Source of the DNA: Ginkgo biloba
Lineage: Eukaryota; Plantae; Ginkgophyta
Length of the DNA: 19,999 nt
Assembly (NCBI GenBank): GCA_024626585.2
Contig: JANKJI020000004.1
Span: 68,089,249-68,109,247, forward strand
Direction: 5' to 3'
In this document: piece by piece, positions 1-13,000 of the stretch
Numbering within the stretch: position 1 is the first letter of the stretch
Layout: every line of letters begins with the position of its first letter
Notes under the pieces: model-generated
What the model saw: only the letters and a program-made list of their open reading frames with translations
The model's database searches: none
Told to the model about the DNA's origin: nothing
Made by a program: the position numbers and the translations under genes

Positions 1-1315
1 AAGAGCCAAAGTTCACCTTCTTGGACTTCTTTGTAGTGATGTCAAACCATTGACAAAAAAATCGAAACATGAAAGGAATCTTTGATGGTTACAAGAACCA
101 AAGTATAATAAGAGAGTAGAGATAAAATTCAATCAGAGAAACCTATTTGTTACTTCTAATTCCTTCAGATTTTCCTCCTCTACATGCCCTTGGTTGTCAT
201 GTCAACTATCCTTGAAGAGAATGTTGAAATTACAGGTTAAAATTGAACCTTTTGATNNNNNNNNNNNNNNNNNNNNNNNNNNNNNNNNNTTTTGGCAAAT
301 GGCACACCATATAATGCAAAGGTTGGAAGTTTCCTTTGTTTGAGCCTTTTAGGACTTCACTTCTTACAGGGGAGAGTCATTCCATGATGTATGATTTCCA
401 ACTCATGATTTCCAATGCATCAAGAAGTTGAGGGAAGCGACTGGTTGTATCATCACATTTGATGGTTGGACAAGTAGCAAAGTTAGGATTTTTAATCAAT
501 ATCTTGGGGTATTGATGCAAAGAAGTGATGTGTATTAAAGTCACTAATGATAGCAACGATACCAGATAAGGTGAATACGCTTTCAAACTCCTTGAAAATG
601 CGATTTCCAAAGTTGAGGTGGAACATGTGGTTCATATAATGATTTACAATGCATTGAAGCATGTCTTAGTTGGTTAGTTTATTATGATAGATTCCTATAA
701 TATGTTATACTCCTTGTGCATCCCATTGTATTTGGGGATTTGGACAATTCTTGAAATGAAAATGGGTGTTGTTCAAGGAAATGAAATTGCCAAATATATT
801 TGTAAACTATTGTGTCCCATTGAGCCTCTAAATGAAGAATGCATCAAAGTAGCTCCTTAGGGGTGGTGCAATACAATTTACTGTTTATTTCAGATCTTGA
901 CAGACCAAGATAGCAATAAACCAAAATATAGAAAGTATGCCTCAAAATAACTCCTTATACGAGATGCAACGCAAGTTGTCACTCATTTCATCATCGTATA
1001 GGTAGAGGTAGAACAAAAGTTATTCCTTCAAACAGTGACAATATTTGAGGAATGGATGAATTGAAAATTTGCATTAGAGGGTTGGTGAAGAAAGGATTGA
1101 GAAGATGAGCCCCTTGTGAAAATGTTACCAGATGGTGAGGAGGAAGGCTCTTCTATGGAATTTATTTACGAGGCGAGGGATCAAGGAAAACAAGTAATCA
1201 AATAGACTTTTGAAGGTGATGGGGAGTACTATCCCTTTTGAAAGATGGTGGATAAAAGGTGTGAGATTGATATTTTTCTCTACATGTTGCATAGTGCTAC
1301 TTAACACCATATTCA
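1..1315 (+). mobile_element. Degenerate hAT-superfamily (BED/DUF659-type) DNA transposase relic
   Basis: Collinear decayed motifs on the + strand, broken by stops and frameshifts. RAKVHLLG (2-25) resembles the end of the BED finger RLKxHLAG, and LANGTPYNA lies near 292. ATGCIITFDGWT (437-472) resembles TGCSIMSDGWT. EYAFKLLENAISKVEVEHVVHIMIYNA resembles EEVGxENVVQVITDNA. TPCASHCI (709-732) resembles WTPCAAHC, and LLRGGAIQF resembles LLRPGxTRF. EPLVKML..SMEFIYEARDQGK (from 1107) resembles EPLVKVLR..MGFIYEAMDRAK, and LHVA*CYL resembles LHAAAYYL. Confidence 0.85.
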
Positions 1316-1869
1316 TCATGCTCAATTATTGATGGGGTTNNNNNNNNNNNNNNNNNNNNNNNNNNNNNNNNNNNNNNNNNNNNNNNNNNNNNNNNNNNNN
1401 NNNNNNNNNNNNNNNNNNNNNNNNNNNNNNNNNNNNNNNTTTCTTACCATTAATAAGATTTGGACAATTTCTCTTCCTTGCCAGAGGATTGTGACTGGAC
1501 TCTAGGCATTCTGAACCATGATGGAGTTGGGTGGTTGGTCCCACGCCAACACAGAACCCCTAAGAATTGTCTCACTATTATTTTTGTGTGTTTTGATTTC
1601 TTTTCCTTTTTACTGTTTGTAGTATAATCAGTTTTCACTGCTATTTGCTGGGTGCATAAGTTTCTCTTCCATCCAGTTGGTTGAACCTAGCACCTTGTTC
1701 AATTCATCAATCCCTGAACAGAGAGATAGATTGTCTCTGCTATATGTCTGGAGTGAAGGATCGTGGATTACATCTCTTGTTTGCCATTTAAAGGAAAGCT
1801 TATCCTAATTGATAATTAATGACAGACCAAGAAATCTAGTCAATTATAATAAAGGTCGATAGATTATGC

Positions 1870-2200
1870 TATGCTTGATTGTAGACGAATGGCAAGACTT
1901 AAGTCAAAATGCAAGAACATTTTAACACCTCCAAGGTTAAGGTTGCAATTTTAGGGCTTGGATGAGTAAAACAGAAGAGGAATAAGAATTCTATGGTGTC
2001 ATGTGCCACATATTGACCCTACTTCCTATGAGTTCAACTACCCTAGAACTACTCTAGATCAGGGGCTCTTCACTGTAGAGTTTTGCCTTGAGGTACTTTG
2101 AGACAACAACTTGGTGACATTATTATGGTACTGAAGAATTCAAATTGCATCAGTTTATCATTTGAGTCCTGAGTCCTGAGCCCAACTTCAAGTTCATTCA
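1870..2200 (+). mobile_element. Second, more decayed gypsy integrase C-terminal (GPY/F region) fragment
   Basis: LRLQ (1937), EFYG (1986, resembling RFYGP) and IDPTSYEFNYP (2012, resembling IGPVAYELxLP) occur in the expected order and spacing. Boundaries are approximate. Confidence 0.4.
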
Positions 2201-2807
2201 GCTGCAAGAGAAATTTGATTACCTTCAAGTTAACTCTTCTATGAAAAGTAGTAAATTAGGACCTACATGCAGAAAAGCTTAGTGATTTTTTTTATCTCTA
2301 TATAGCAATTTCCAGTTTCTTAGTCATAAATTTTGAAGGATCCTTCAATTGTAATAACGAGCTAGTTCTTTAGTGCTGATTTAGCTAATGAAGTAATTGG
2401 TGAGAAGGTAGGAATGGAAAAAGAGCTAGATGAGATTGACTGGTAAGAGAGTTGACTTTATTTCTTGAGTTTGGACTTGGACTTTGGTCTTTTGTAGTTT
2501 CTATTGCTATTCATGTAATATTAAATGTTAGTTGTTTCTTATCATTAATGACTTTATTCAAAGTGTGTTTTTTTTTTTCTCGTATGCCACTGTATTGCCA
2601 TATTTTTCTACTGTGGGGCTGGCATAAATGTTGGAAATTGCATTTAGAATTGCATCCAAAGAATAAGAAGAAAGAACATTCCAAGAAGATTATGATCACT
2701 TATATGGAAGGTAAGGATATTGCAGAATATGTCTAGAATTCAGATGCTTCTGTTTAATGTAGTTGGTTATCAATCCAAATATTCAGAAAGAAAAATGTTT
2801 CTTGTAT

Positions 2808-3341
2808 GAAACACAAAATATCATCCAATTGCTTAAGAGCATTTTGTGGAAGAAGAAAACATTATGAAATAACAAGTAGACTGGCATCAGTCAGGAAGAG
2901 AACTCAAAATATATGATTTATTGTATTTGAGGCTGTGAACCTATAACGGAGGCTCTCTCAAGGGAAGCAAGAAGGGTGAATATTGACATGGTATTGTAGA
3001 CCTTCCTGTATCTGAAAGTAAGTAGGACATGCATCACATATGTTGAATTTACTAGCTTCATCTGAGTTCTCTGACATTTTCCCTGTGTCATGCATAAAGA
3101 ATAGTTTGAATCAAAATAAGACTGCCACTAATTGGTGAGGAAGGAAAATTTACAATTGAACTAGAGGAAATTTTGAAGGAATAAGCAACTGCTCAGTTGC
3201 AAGTACCGAATCAATGGAAGCAATTATCTGTTTGGATACATCTTGGAAGTCTGAGCCAATCCTCGAATTATTCCTCACTCTCAAAAGTCGAATGTCCTGA
3301 GAGAAAAGCATTTTCAGTTGGTGTGGATGGGTGAGAGGGGA
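2808..3341 (+). mobile_element. Degenerate Ty3/gypsy (chromovirus) integrase C-terminus plus chromodomain, ending in a polypurine tract
   Basis: MK*QVDWHQSGRELKIYDLLYLRL (from 2864) resembles MKQQADQHRSEREFEVGDWVFLRL. WYCRPSCI*K*VGHASHMLNLLASSEFSDIFPVSCIK resembles YYGPF..IGxVAYKLxLPxxSxIHxVFHVSCLK. LPLIGEEGKFTIELEEIL starts at 3122, and QWKQLSV..DTSW (3212-3246) resembles the chromodomain KWKNLP.EDATW. A purine run gagagggga at 3333-3341 is followed directly by TG. Confidence 0.8.
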
Positions 3342-3777
3342 TGTGCTATGGACACAATTTTAAAATATCAGTGTCACATCCTAATAATACAGATAAGATT
3401 ACCATTAGGAATTTCTGCCTATAGGAAGAAATGACAGCCTTGCATATTTAGTAATATTAAATATTAGTGGGGTTGTAATGAGTGTCCTTGGGCTGGTTGT
3501 GTGGGATGATAATGACTTGTTAAGGTTTGTGTGTAATAAGTAAATTCTTGTTAAGGTTCTTTGGAAACCTAGCCTATATGTATCACCTATGCATCTTCAT
3601 TTTATTATAGCAGATGTTTATCTTGGACTCTGCTTTTTGAGTTGCATTCAAATCTTCTCATACAAGCCTTGACATTTCTTCAGCTATTGGATTTTCATTT
3701 TGGCATTGTAATAATCATTGTGTTGAATGCTTAATTTCTGCTGGTACATTGTAAACAAACCAAGCCTTATTTCATCA
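3342..3777 (+). mobile_element. Putative 3' LTR of the gypsy element at 2808-3341
   Basis: Starts with TG right after the PPT-like purine run, contains TATA-like cctatatgtat near 3573, and ends plausibly at ...tttcatCA 3777. The right boundary is inferred, and no second LTR copy is visible to confirm it. Confidence 0.4.
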
Positions 3778-3942
3778 AGTTTTTCATTTCACTTAGGCAA
3801 AACAGTATGAATTTTATTCTCTGTAGTAAGTCATTTTCTTGTCTAATTCCTTTTCCTGGATTATACACATTTTCAACTTTGCAAAGGGATCCAATATGTT
3901 TGCTTTATTGATCGTTTACGAATTTTATTCTAATATGTACAG

Positions 3943-4042
3943 GGACATCATGAGACTGGTCTTGCCTCTGGTAGATTGAAGTTGTACTCTTACTGGCGCA
4001 GTTCCTGTGCCTGGCGAGTCAGGATAGCACTCAATCTGAAAG
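3943..4042 (+). CDS. GSTZ: GSTZ exon (100 nt, phase 0 to 1): [33 protein letters not shown](G)
   Basis: Acceptor tgtacAG at 3941-3942 and donor GTcagt at 4043. Carries the zeta-class signature [16 protein letters not shown]. An in-frame TAA at 3931-3933 with no in-frame ATG after it means an upstream start exon is required. Confidence 0.95.
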
Positions 4043-7000
4043 GTCAGTTCAGAAACTAATTTTTAAGTAATACTTGCAGGTATGGTGAATTGTGGGTTCA
4101 AGTGGTGATTTTAGAAAGTAGTTGTTTGCTTGAGATATATTGTTTGTTCTTTGTTTTCCATTCTTACAATGCATAATTTCTGATGGTTATTTTTTAAGTT
4201 TATAAAGACATTATCTGTGCTTGCAGGGTTGCCATATGAGTACAAAGCAGTGAATCTTGTGAAAGGCGAGCAGTTTAGTGAAGGTAGGTTTTCCTGCTAT
4301 TTGAGTTTAGTGGTATGGAATGAATCTTCATCGAGTGTGGTGGCTGTGCAGTTAGCAGTATTTATCTTATTTATCATGGAAGTAAACTTCGACCTTGTTT
4401 TGCTTGAATGTTGCGGTCTTCAGATGATAGTTTTATTTTTGAATAATCATGAGTGAAGGAGTTTAATCTCTGAGGAACCATGAGTGATAGGTTTCATCTT
4501 GGAGAGAAAAATAAAAACCATGGGTGAAGAAGTTCCAGCTTTGAAGAACCTTGGGTAAAGGATGCTTGAACATTGTGGACAAGTAGTTTAACTTGTTTTT
4601 TAATGTCAAGAGCATCTGGAAGAGTGCAGGTTATGTTAGCTTGTACAGATTTTGAAGAATGTAGTCCTGAAGAGGGTGATGAGCCACCCCAAGTCTGATA
4701 ATTTTGATGAACCAACACCGAAATATCATTGAATCTTTTTTGTCGCTATTGATATTTCATTTGCAAATTTTGTTGAAGATCAACCCATTGCACAAGATGA
4801 TGAATATAANNNNNNNNNNNNNNNNNNNNNNNNNNNNNNNNNNNNNNNNNNNNNNNNNNNNNNNNNNNNNNNNNNNNNNNNNNNNATTTAGAGCATGATT
4901 CATAGACTCATTGTGATTTATGTTTCTTCTGTCACCCCTTCTCCATCCTTTCTTGCACATGAAATGACTAGAACACTCTATGAGATTCTTTATTCCAGGT
5001 TTATTCCTGTACCCATTTATTTGTACACTTCTATGAAAACTAGAGAGAAAATACTATCAGAAGCAACAGAAAATTGTGTTAGCACATCAGCACTGCATGT
5101 CAACTCTATTAATATGCACTTTATCACTCAATACACTCGGTTACTTATTTGATATAGTACAATATATTCTATAAAAGATAGGGTAATGTCCTTTTAAAAA
5201 ATGTAAATTATCTATGGACAATTTATTAATTTCATTAGCTTTATTATTATAATATGTCTTTTTCCAAAAAACAAAAGTACATACAAGGTCAACTGGTTGA
5301 CCAGTGAGGGTTAGGGTGTCTCATCGGCGTTAGGTCTTATGGACTTAGACATAAGCATGTTGAGGACTTGTGATCAATTGCCTCGTGCCTCACTTGAATC
5401 TGTTGGGATAAAATAGGACAGAACTATTGAGAATACTTAACGATTCAAACTTGGACTGGCTATATTGAAGGTTCTTTGTGACTATATTGCTATTGGCACG
5501 CTTGGCTGCTTTGTTTTTTAAATCACTTTGCTATAACTCTGTTATACTATATAAGTTGTCATTGCAACTGTCAGAGACTGGAGCCGGTGCGGCCAATATC
5601 CAGTACAGGAGCATGTCATTCCATGATTCAGTGATATCTATTATTGTATTCTTAGGAAATGTTTTGGAGAAATCTATTATTGGGGCAATTATTATTTTGT
5701 TACCAGTTTTGTGACATTGTGGATCTGAATGCAAACNNNNNNNNNNNNNNNNNNNNNNNNNNNNNNNNNNNNNNNNNNNNNTTTCTGTCTAAATTTCCTT
5801 ATGCAAATTCTCGGACAGACGTCCATGTTGAAATCATTTGGATTCACTGCATGTGGTATTAGAGCCAAGATTCTTTGACAGTGGATAATTCATGTTTTGA
5901 TAATAATTTGTATATAATGCATTTTAGTACAATTGGTGGTTTACAGTTTTTAAAAGATGGATTATTGTGAAAGGTGGGCTCTGAAGTGTTTTTGCTATCA
6001 AGCAATCACTATTCACATTTCTTGGCTTGTAATATTGTCAACAGGCCAGTCATTTAATCAACTATCTGGTAGGGATAATTTNNNNNNNNNNNNNNNNNNN
6101 NNNNNNNNNNNNNNNNNNNNNNNNNNNNNNNNNNNNNNNNNNNNNNNNNNNNNNNNNNNNNNNNNNNNNNNNNNNNNNNNNAGATGGCTTAGCATGAACT
6201 GGATGGATATTAATCCTTGCCCCAAAGGACACTACCATTCCATGGTAGAAAGGTACGCATTGGTCCAAAGGATACTCCAAAAGGGAGCAAATGATAGTAG
6301 ACATCCTTTTCCTATCCTAGCGACACCTCCTCACAAGACACATTGAAAATAAATAAAATTTGCCTCTTGGCCAAAATCAGTCCCAATTTTTTTAGACTAT
6401 CACTATCATGCAGGATGTCTTTGATATACTTCTCAACCCCCCACCTAAAGCACTTTACATCAATTTTGCTAGCCTTGAAAAGAAAGCAATTGACAGCTAG
6501 CATTTGGTGCATGGTGGGCCATAACAAAAACTATACTTCAAATGTTGTTTAGAAGCTGTTGAGAAGTCTTGGATTGAAGGGAAGCTCTCCACTGCTTAAC
6601 CCATATTATGGTAAGCCTGACATCACTCCCTTGAGTAAGCTCTCTTAAGCACCTCCCTTCAGCATAGTGAAGATTGTCAACAAGGCACCACCTCTTGAGC
6701 TCTAATTCTTCTTCCAAATTGTTACAGCATGTTCATATCACATCACACACTCTCACTTATACTTCATCAATCGATCAAATAAAAAATTTCCTTTTGGAAG
6801 ACAATAGAGCTTAGAGTGACTTTTAAGTCAACAAAAATCACATTCAGATGAAGATAAGCATCTAGAAGCGTAGTCCTTCTTAAGAGCTTCAAAAGGAGTG
6901 GCTATAAAATTGTATAGAGGCATGGGTGGATCCCATGAAAATCTACGATAGCATGGGGGACCCAATATAATGCTCCAAGTAGCCCGGGTGGTTCTTGAGG

Positions 7001-10000
7001 GATGCTGCTATAATTGCTCTTATATGTGGGGGTGGGATCCCACATGAATGATATGATGAAGGTGATAAAGAGCTTCTATTGGTAGTGTTCCTAGTTGGAT
7101 GTGAGGAGATCATTTAGCACCTAAGTCCCCTTCAGATCCTGCTAAGTCATTAGAGTCTGCAGCTAATGAGGGGATCTTGTCCTAGAGTAGGATCACTCAT
7201 TTGTTTTATTGATCATCTATTTGTTAAGCATGAGGTAGATTCTATAGATTGGCTTAGGTAGCCTTTAATNNNNNNNNNNNNNNNNNNNNNNNNNNNNNNN
7301 NNNNNNNNNNNNNNNNNNNNNNNNNNNNNNNNNNNNNNNNNNNNNNNNNNNNNNNNNNNNNNNNNNNNNAGGCACCCTAAGGATTAGGGAGAATTTAAGG
7401 TTGTCTTGAAAAGGCGGCCCAAAGAGCCTACCTACCAACTTCATTTAATTATAAGTCTAGGCTAGAAGTTTCATTTTTGTCATCACTTGAAGAAACGACT
7501 TCTATTTATGCCCCTTCTCCTCCTCTCTGTTCATTATTGCAACTTATAGAGCTTGTCTAACCCAGTGACTTGCCGAAAGAAGTACATTTAAATTTTTTCA
7601 CTAGAAGCCCTATAAGGGAAATAACTTGCTTATTTTGATCTAAATTTGAAATTGTCTAAGTAGAAAGAGGGCAACTTGTAGGAAAACCTGATTTTTGCAT
7701 TCTTGAACAAGAATTGAGATATTTGAAGGCCAATGACTTGGGGTGGAAGCCACTTTTTAAAAATTCAGTTTATGTTAATTAGATGCTATAGAGAGGAATT
7801 TTGGAAGGTATAACAGGGGTTTTGAATTATGCATGGAGGTTTAAAAGCCAATTTTCTCAATTACTAGCTTGTTGGATCAGTTAAGAGGAAGCAAAATCAA
7901 ATTTGGCCTACTGGGGGCAATGCGCCTTGAAGCATATTGGAGTATAGTTGTAATGATTTGACCATGAAACATTAGATTAAGCATTGGAAAACCGAGTCGG
8001 ATCTTGTGCATGGATATCCATCTTTCTTATTTGTTTCTCCTCAATAAACAACACTATCTCTTATACAAAATTTACAAACTTTAAATAACACATTAAAAAA
8101 GGTTCTTATTATACTATGGGATCTCATTTATCCCATTAACTTCACTAGGGTATAAATATTACCCCTTTACCCTTGGACTCTTCCACTATCCATTGTTTGA
8201 GCTCTTTAATGGCTCAAATTACTTATTGTACCTATAGTAAAACCTCCTCAATAACTTACTATATCAATTATTTAAATCATCTTGTAATCAAATTAAAATA
8301 AAATGCATAACTAAACTACAAAAGTGAACAACCATGCCTCTAATAATATCTTTTTAAAAATTCTCACAAAATTTTCACCATTTTTTTCATCGTTTGTATG
8401 TCATTCAAATGTCCTTATAATAGTCTCCATGCCTGCAAATTTTTAAAATTTTATAAAATATCTCCACTCATCCCTTTGGAGCAGAAAAAATAAATATTTC
8501 ATCACTCAAAGTATAATGAGCCATCAATCAACATTTTTTTTTTTTTTTNNNNNNNNNNNNNNNNNNNNNNNNNNNNNNNNNNNNNNNNNNNNNNNNNNNN
8601 NNNNNNNNNNNNNNNNNNNNNNNNNNNNNNNNNNNNNNNNNNNNNNNNGGTTAAGGTTATGGCAATTACTGCCTTTGTAGTGATAACCATTTACATCTGC
8701 CGCAAATGGAAAACTAATTAATTATTAGGGATATTGAGAAAAAATAATTAATGAATTGATCTTATTTATTATAATGTATCAAATTTAAATAAATAAAAAT
8801 GTTATAATATCTATAAAGATATTATTTTCTAATTTTTATTATATTAACAAAAGTTCTAGTGTCCTCCCTTGCTTCTAGAATTAGATTTTGAATTCAATTA
8901 GAGCTGATAGTTAACGTCACAAAATACTAAAGAGTGCACACCTATTTTACTATAGGTTGTTTGTATACCTGCAAAAATTGTTTTGGGAAAATTATGAATG
9001 GTTGTAGTTGGGAAACTAAACTATTCATATGCTCATTCTATTGTGAATGTAATAATGCTAGATAGGGAGTCTTTTGGGCATGTATGTGTGTATTTGTGAA
9101 TGTAGAAGTGGGCAACAAGAGAAAGCAAAGTGCCTCAACCTATAAAACAGATCCAAAGTTTGTTACGGGTTTTACAACAAAACCAAAGTCTGCTAGAGGT
9201 CATTGCTACATTTTCTTTTTTGTGATACAGATTTTGTACATACTAAAGTTGTGAATATTATATGTACATCATTCTTTTATGGGATTTTCTTGAGTTCCAT
9301 TATTATTGCAAGGGAAAAACATCTATTTCTTTCTACATACTTATTTGAGAGCTTTGCTCTTAAACAACCCATCTGAATTGCGCAAATTCAGATCACATGG
9401 TCCATACTTCTTTTTGAGTTTCATGTTTATTATACCCCATTTATGTTATAGGCTTTTACCTTTCTTTATAGGCACTTGTGTCATAATGTTACATATAACT
9501 AAAGACGCTTGTTAGCACTAGAAGGAGCATAAACCTTTGCTTACCTTAGGCGATGATGCATTTACCATTCTTGGAGATTTATGTTGTAAACTTCCATTCG
9601 TAGTGCTCTTGTGAAAATTGTACTATCAACTCAATTGTATCAAGAGCAATGCAAAAGGGATTCTATCCTATGAAGGGATCAACTTAGGGAATGGCTTCTA
9701 AGTAGTTTACTTGTGAAGCATGGGTATCTTGTAGGACCTAAGGGTTGAGAATTGTATGCTAGATGGCCCCCCAACATTCATTCAAGAACAACATACCCTA
9801 TGATGCCACCCTCTTATAGTTTATTGGGGCACTTCAATCAATTAGACTCTTTGCATATCTTTAAAATCCATAGCATTGTGGAACTACAAAATCCATCCTC
9901 CCCATGTTATGTACCTATTTTTCAAATATTATTTCAGGGAACCAATTAATTCTTCTTATTAGTAGCATTAGTCAAAACCACAATAAAATTCAAATTTGAA

Positions 10001-13000
10001 TAAGGACAGCTGTTAGGGAATATTCCAACAAGAGGTTTTTCTTAAACTTGGAATGGTGGCTGCTATANNNNNNNNNNNNNNNNNNNNNNNNNNNNNNNNN
10101 NNNNNNNNNNNNNNNNNNNNNNNNNNNNNNNNNNNNNNNNNNNNNNNNNNNNNNNNNNNNNNNNNNNTAACCCCTTCTCCTTCAATCCGTGGGCCATTTA
10201 TGCTTAAGCTTCAACAACTCTAGGCGTTCTCCCTCCTTTGGCTTCAACAGGTGGATTAGGTGAGCTCAAACCCTAAACGACTATGGCCATTAATGTAGAA
10301 ACGACATTCTTAGGGCTCCCTCGATCGCTTCTGCTCACCCTCCTCGACCGCCTGATAGGTGGTTCAATAACTGCACACCAATGCTCTTTCACACGACTTT
10401 CCTCTTCGGCCTTCAGGTGCATGCATTTGCATTTAATGCCTTAGGTGACTGGTTCAACGACTCTTCATCTGTCGTTGGTCTCTGACATAAGCCATTAAGC
10501 CTAGCTCCCAAAATCACGTCGGTGAGCTTCAAACCTTGAAGTCATGTCAGTGTCCGATCCTTCCTATCTGACGTTGTCGGTTTCCTCCTTATCGCTCTAC
10601 CAATGATGTCAGTTTCCGATGCCATTTCTCCGTTGTTAGTGTCGGCCACCGACACAACTTCTCCATAAAATGTTGTCGGTCTACAAACAAGCATACTTCC
10701 GCTACATGGCTATTATCCGCCATACTAAGGCCAAAAGTGGGCACACTGTCGGGGTGCCACCATGACCCTCCTGTGTCAGAGATTTACTATGCGTATGTAT
10801 TCATCTGAGCTATCTTAACCACATTACACATGCCAAAAGTAAGGACATCAATCGTCAGAAACTTTGACACACCAACAAACTATCAATTTATGACATAAAC
10901 CATTCTTTGGGTTTGATTCATGCAATATGAACTCTCAAATTGAATCTTAATGTAAACCAAAACCCTAAGCATCATCAATAACAAAAAGGATGTACCTTTG
11001 TTAAAATATAGAACAACAAGCCACACTAACATGATTTTTTATTTCAAGGGTTATTTGCCTGACAGCAAGCCACACTAGCATTCTTTTTAAGGGTTTATGT
11101 CAAGGGTTATTAGCCCTAAACGATCCCAAAAGTTCTCTAGTATCCTGGTTCAAAACCCTAACACATGGATTCTTTTTGGAAACAAGACCTAAATAATCAG
11201 TACATGGTCATATTTAGAAAATTAAGGATAGGAAGCCTAAGTTACTAGGAAATGCCCCTAGGGGTCTTGNNNNNNNNNNNNNNNNNNNNNNNNNNNNNNN
11301 NNNNNNNNNNNNNNNNNNNNNNNNNNNNNNNNNNNNNNNNNNNNNNNNNNNNNNNNNNNNNNNNNNNNNTTTAAAACCCTAGAATTTGCCACTCTACCTT
11401 ATCTTAGAATTTTGAAAAGTGTCATTTCTTGTACCTGCCCCCGTACTTACTCTCATTTCCTGGTAACTTGGTAGGAAGCTGCATATAGTCATTCTTTGCA
11501 TATATCATGAGTCCGCATCATCAGGTATCAAACACTAAAACCATACAAACCATGCATTGAGGCTATGACATATAAGGTTCAATATAATTCTATGTCTATC
11601 CTATACAGCCAAAATTCAGCAAGAGAAGCCTAATACCCTTTTACATAGAAAAAACACTGAGCCATATGATTACCCACAAGCTAGGATTGCAATTCGAGAG
11701 CACCGCACGATGCATATTTGCTAGAAAAATGGTAGAAAACTATATCTACAAATATGAGGATCTAGATATTACCAAATATAGAAGAAGGTGATAGTTGAAG
11801 ATGAGGCATGCCCTCTTGCTCCATATGCTTGAATAAGCTCAACAAATCTTCTCCTATTTGAAAATACAGTACCCTAGCCTCCGTGCTTGACAGATAATGG
11901 AAAGAAGCAAAAATGGGGATCCTTCTGAGATTGATGATTCAAATGAGGCTTTGAAATGCCTATATATATCCATTTGGGACCTATTCAAGGACTTAACTTA
12001 TCGTCCAGGGAGTTGCATTCAATTGCGAGATGATTAAAGGTCTCAAAACTAGAGGGAAGCAAAACTATACAATGACAGCTGGCTAAATTTTAAACGGTCA
12101 TAACTTTCTTGTTTGCCATGTCTCCAGAGTCTACAATCACTCATTTTAAAGGGTATGACAACCCGTACCTCTTGGACATGCAAACTAGTGCTGAGAATAT
12201 CATTTGTTATTACCAATTACATCGATTTACCAAATTAGCTCCAAAACTATTATCTCAACTCCTAGTTGATGGTTAACTAACCCATACCTTATTTGTCAGT
12301 TTATTGGCTTTAAGCTGGGCTGTAGCAATCTCCCATAGCTGTCCTTAATCGTCTGGTTCAATTTTCCTATTTTGTAAGAATCCCACATGAAAATCAATTC
12401 TATTGAAGTTCGAATTGCAAGAACCACCAAGTTTTCTGCCATTGGCCATATCTCCTTTGTAACTCCTTTTCCTTTCTCTTCTGATAATTTGGATTCTTGT
12501 AGGTTCAAAACATCTAATTTCCATTCTTACAGTTGAGAGATTTCTGATTTTTGTGTTTTGGAGGGTGTCCAATCCTCTTACATTCAAAGAGGTGATTCTT
12601 AATTGAGTTTCTTTTGTTATACATTTGCCTCTAAGGGAATGATTGTATCCTTTTCTCCCCTACATTTTCTACATTTTCTTTTATAGCTCCATTTGTTATT
12701 CTCTTTTTTCTAGCCTCTTTTGAGGGTGTTTTATTTTTCCGTTTGATCTTGAAACTTGTGAATTCAACCTGACGAGTCTTTATACTTGAGTATTCTTGAC
12801 GAGGAAAGAGTGTGATTGCATTAGTGTTTTTCAGCCTCCATTATAGATTCTAAGCCATGTGTTTCCATGGAAAGATCACTGCAGAAATGAGTCGNNNNNN
12901 NNNNNNNNNNNNNNGATCTGAGTGAAGACATTTGCATGTTCATTCCTTGTGGTCAGAGGAATTGATGTTAATATTGTCTTTACCTCTTTTATGCTCTTCT

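Noticed and set aside
2704-3023. Donor-like sites GTAAGG (2711) and GTAAGT (3018) as the end of a GSTZ start exon
   Set aside because: The first gives phase 1 where phase 0 is needed. The second lies inside the gypsy relic.
4767-4795. LLKINPLH in ORF 4704-4898 resembles the GSTZ KxNP exon
   Set aside because: There is no AG acceptor (the site reads ttgcaa), and the following residues KMMNI do not continue as VPxLVDG.
5588-5610. AANIQ resembles the GSTZ segment AANIVSSSIQP
   Set aside because: Only four residues match, there is no IQPxQN, and no suitable splice sites are present.
7650-7950. Possible + strand LINE RNase H relic (LGWKPL..AWRFK..GGNA)
   Set aside because: Too degenerate, with no catalytic motif preserved.
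10268-11162. aaaccct(a)a motifs as telomeric repeats
   Set aside because: They are isolated single copies rather than tandem arrays, and are common in plant LTR sequence.
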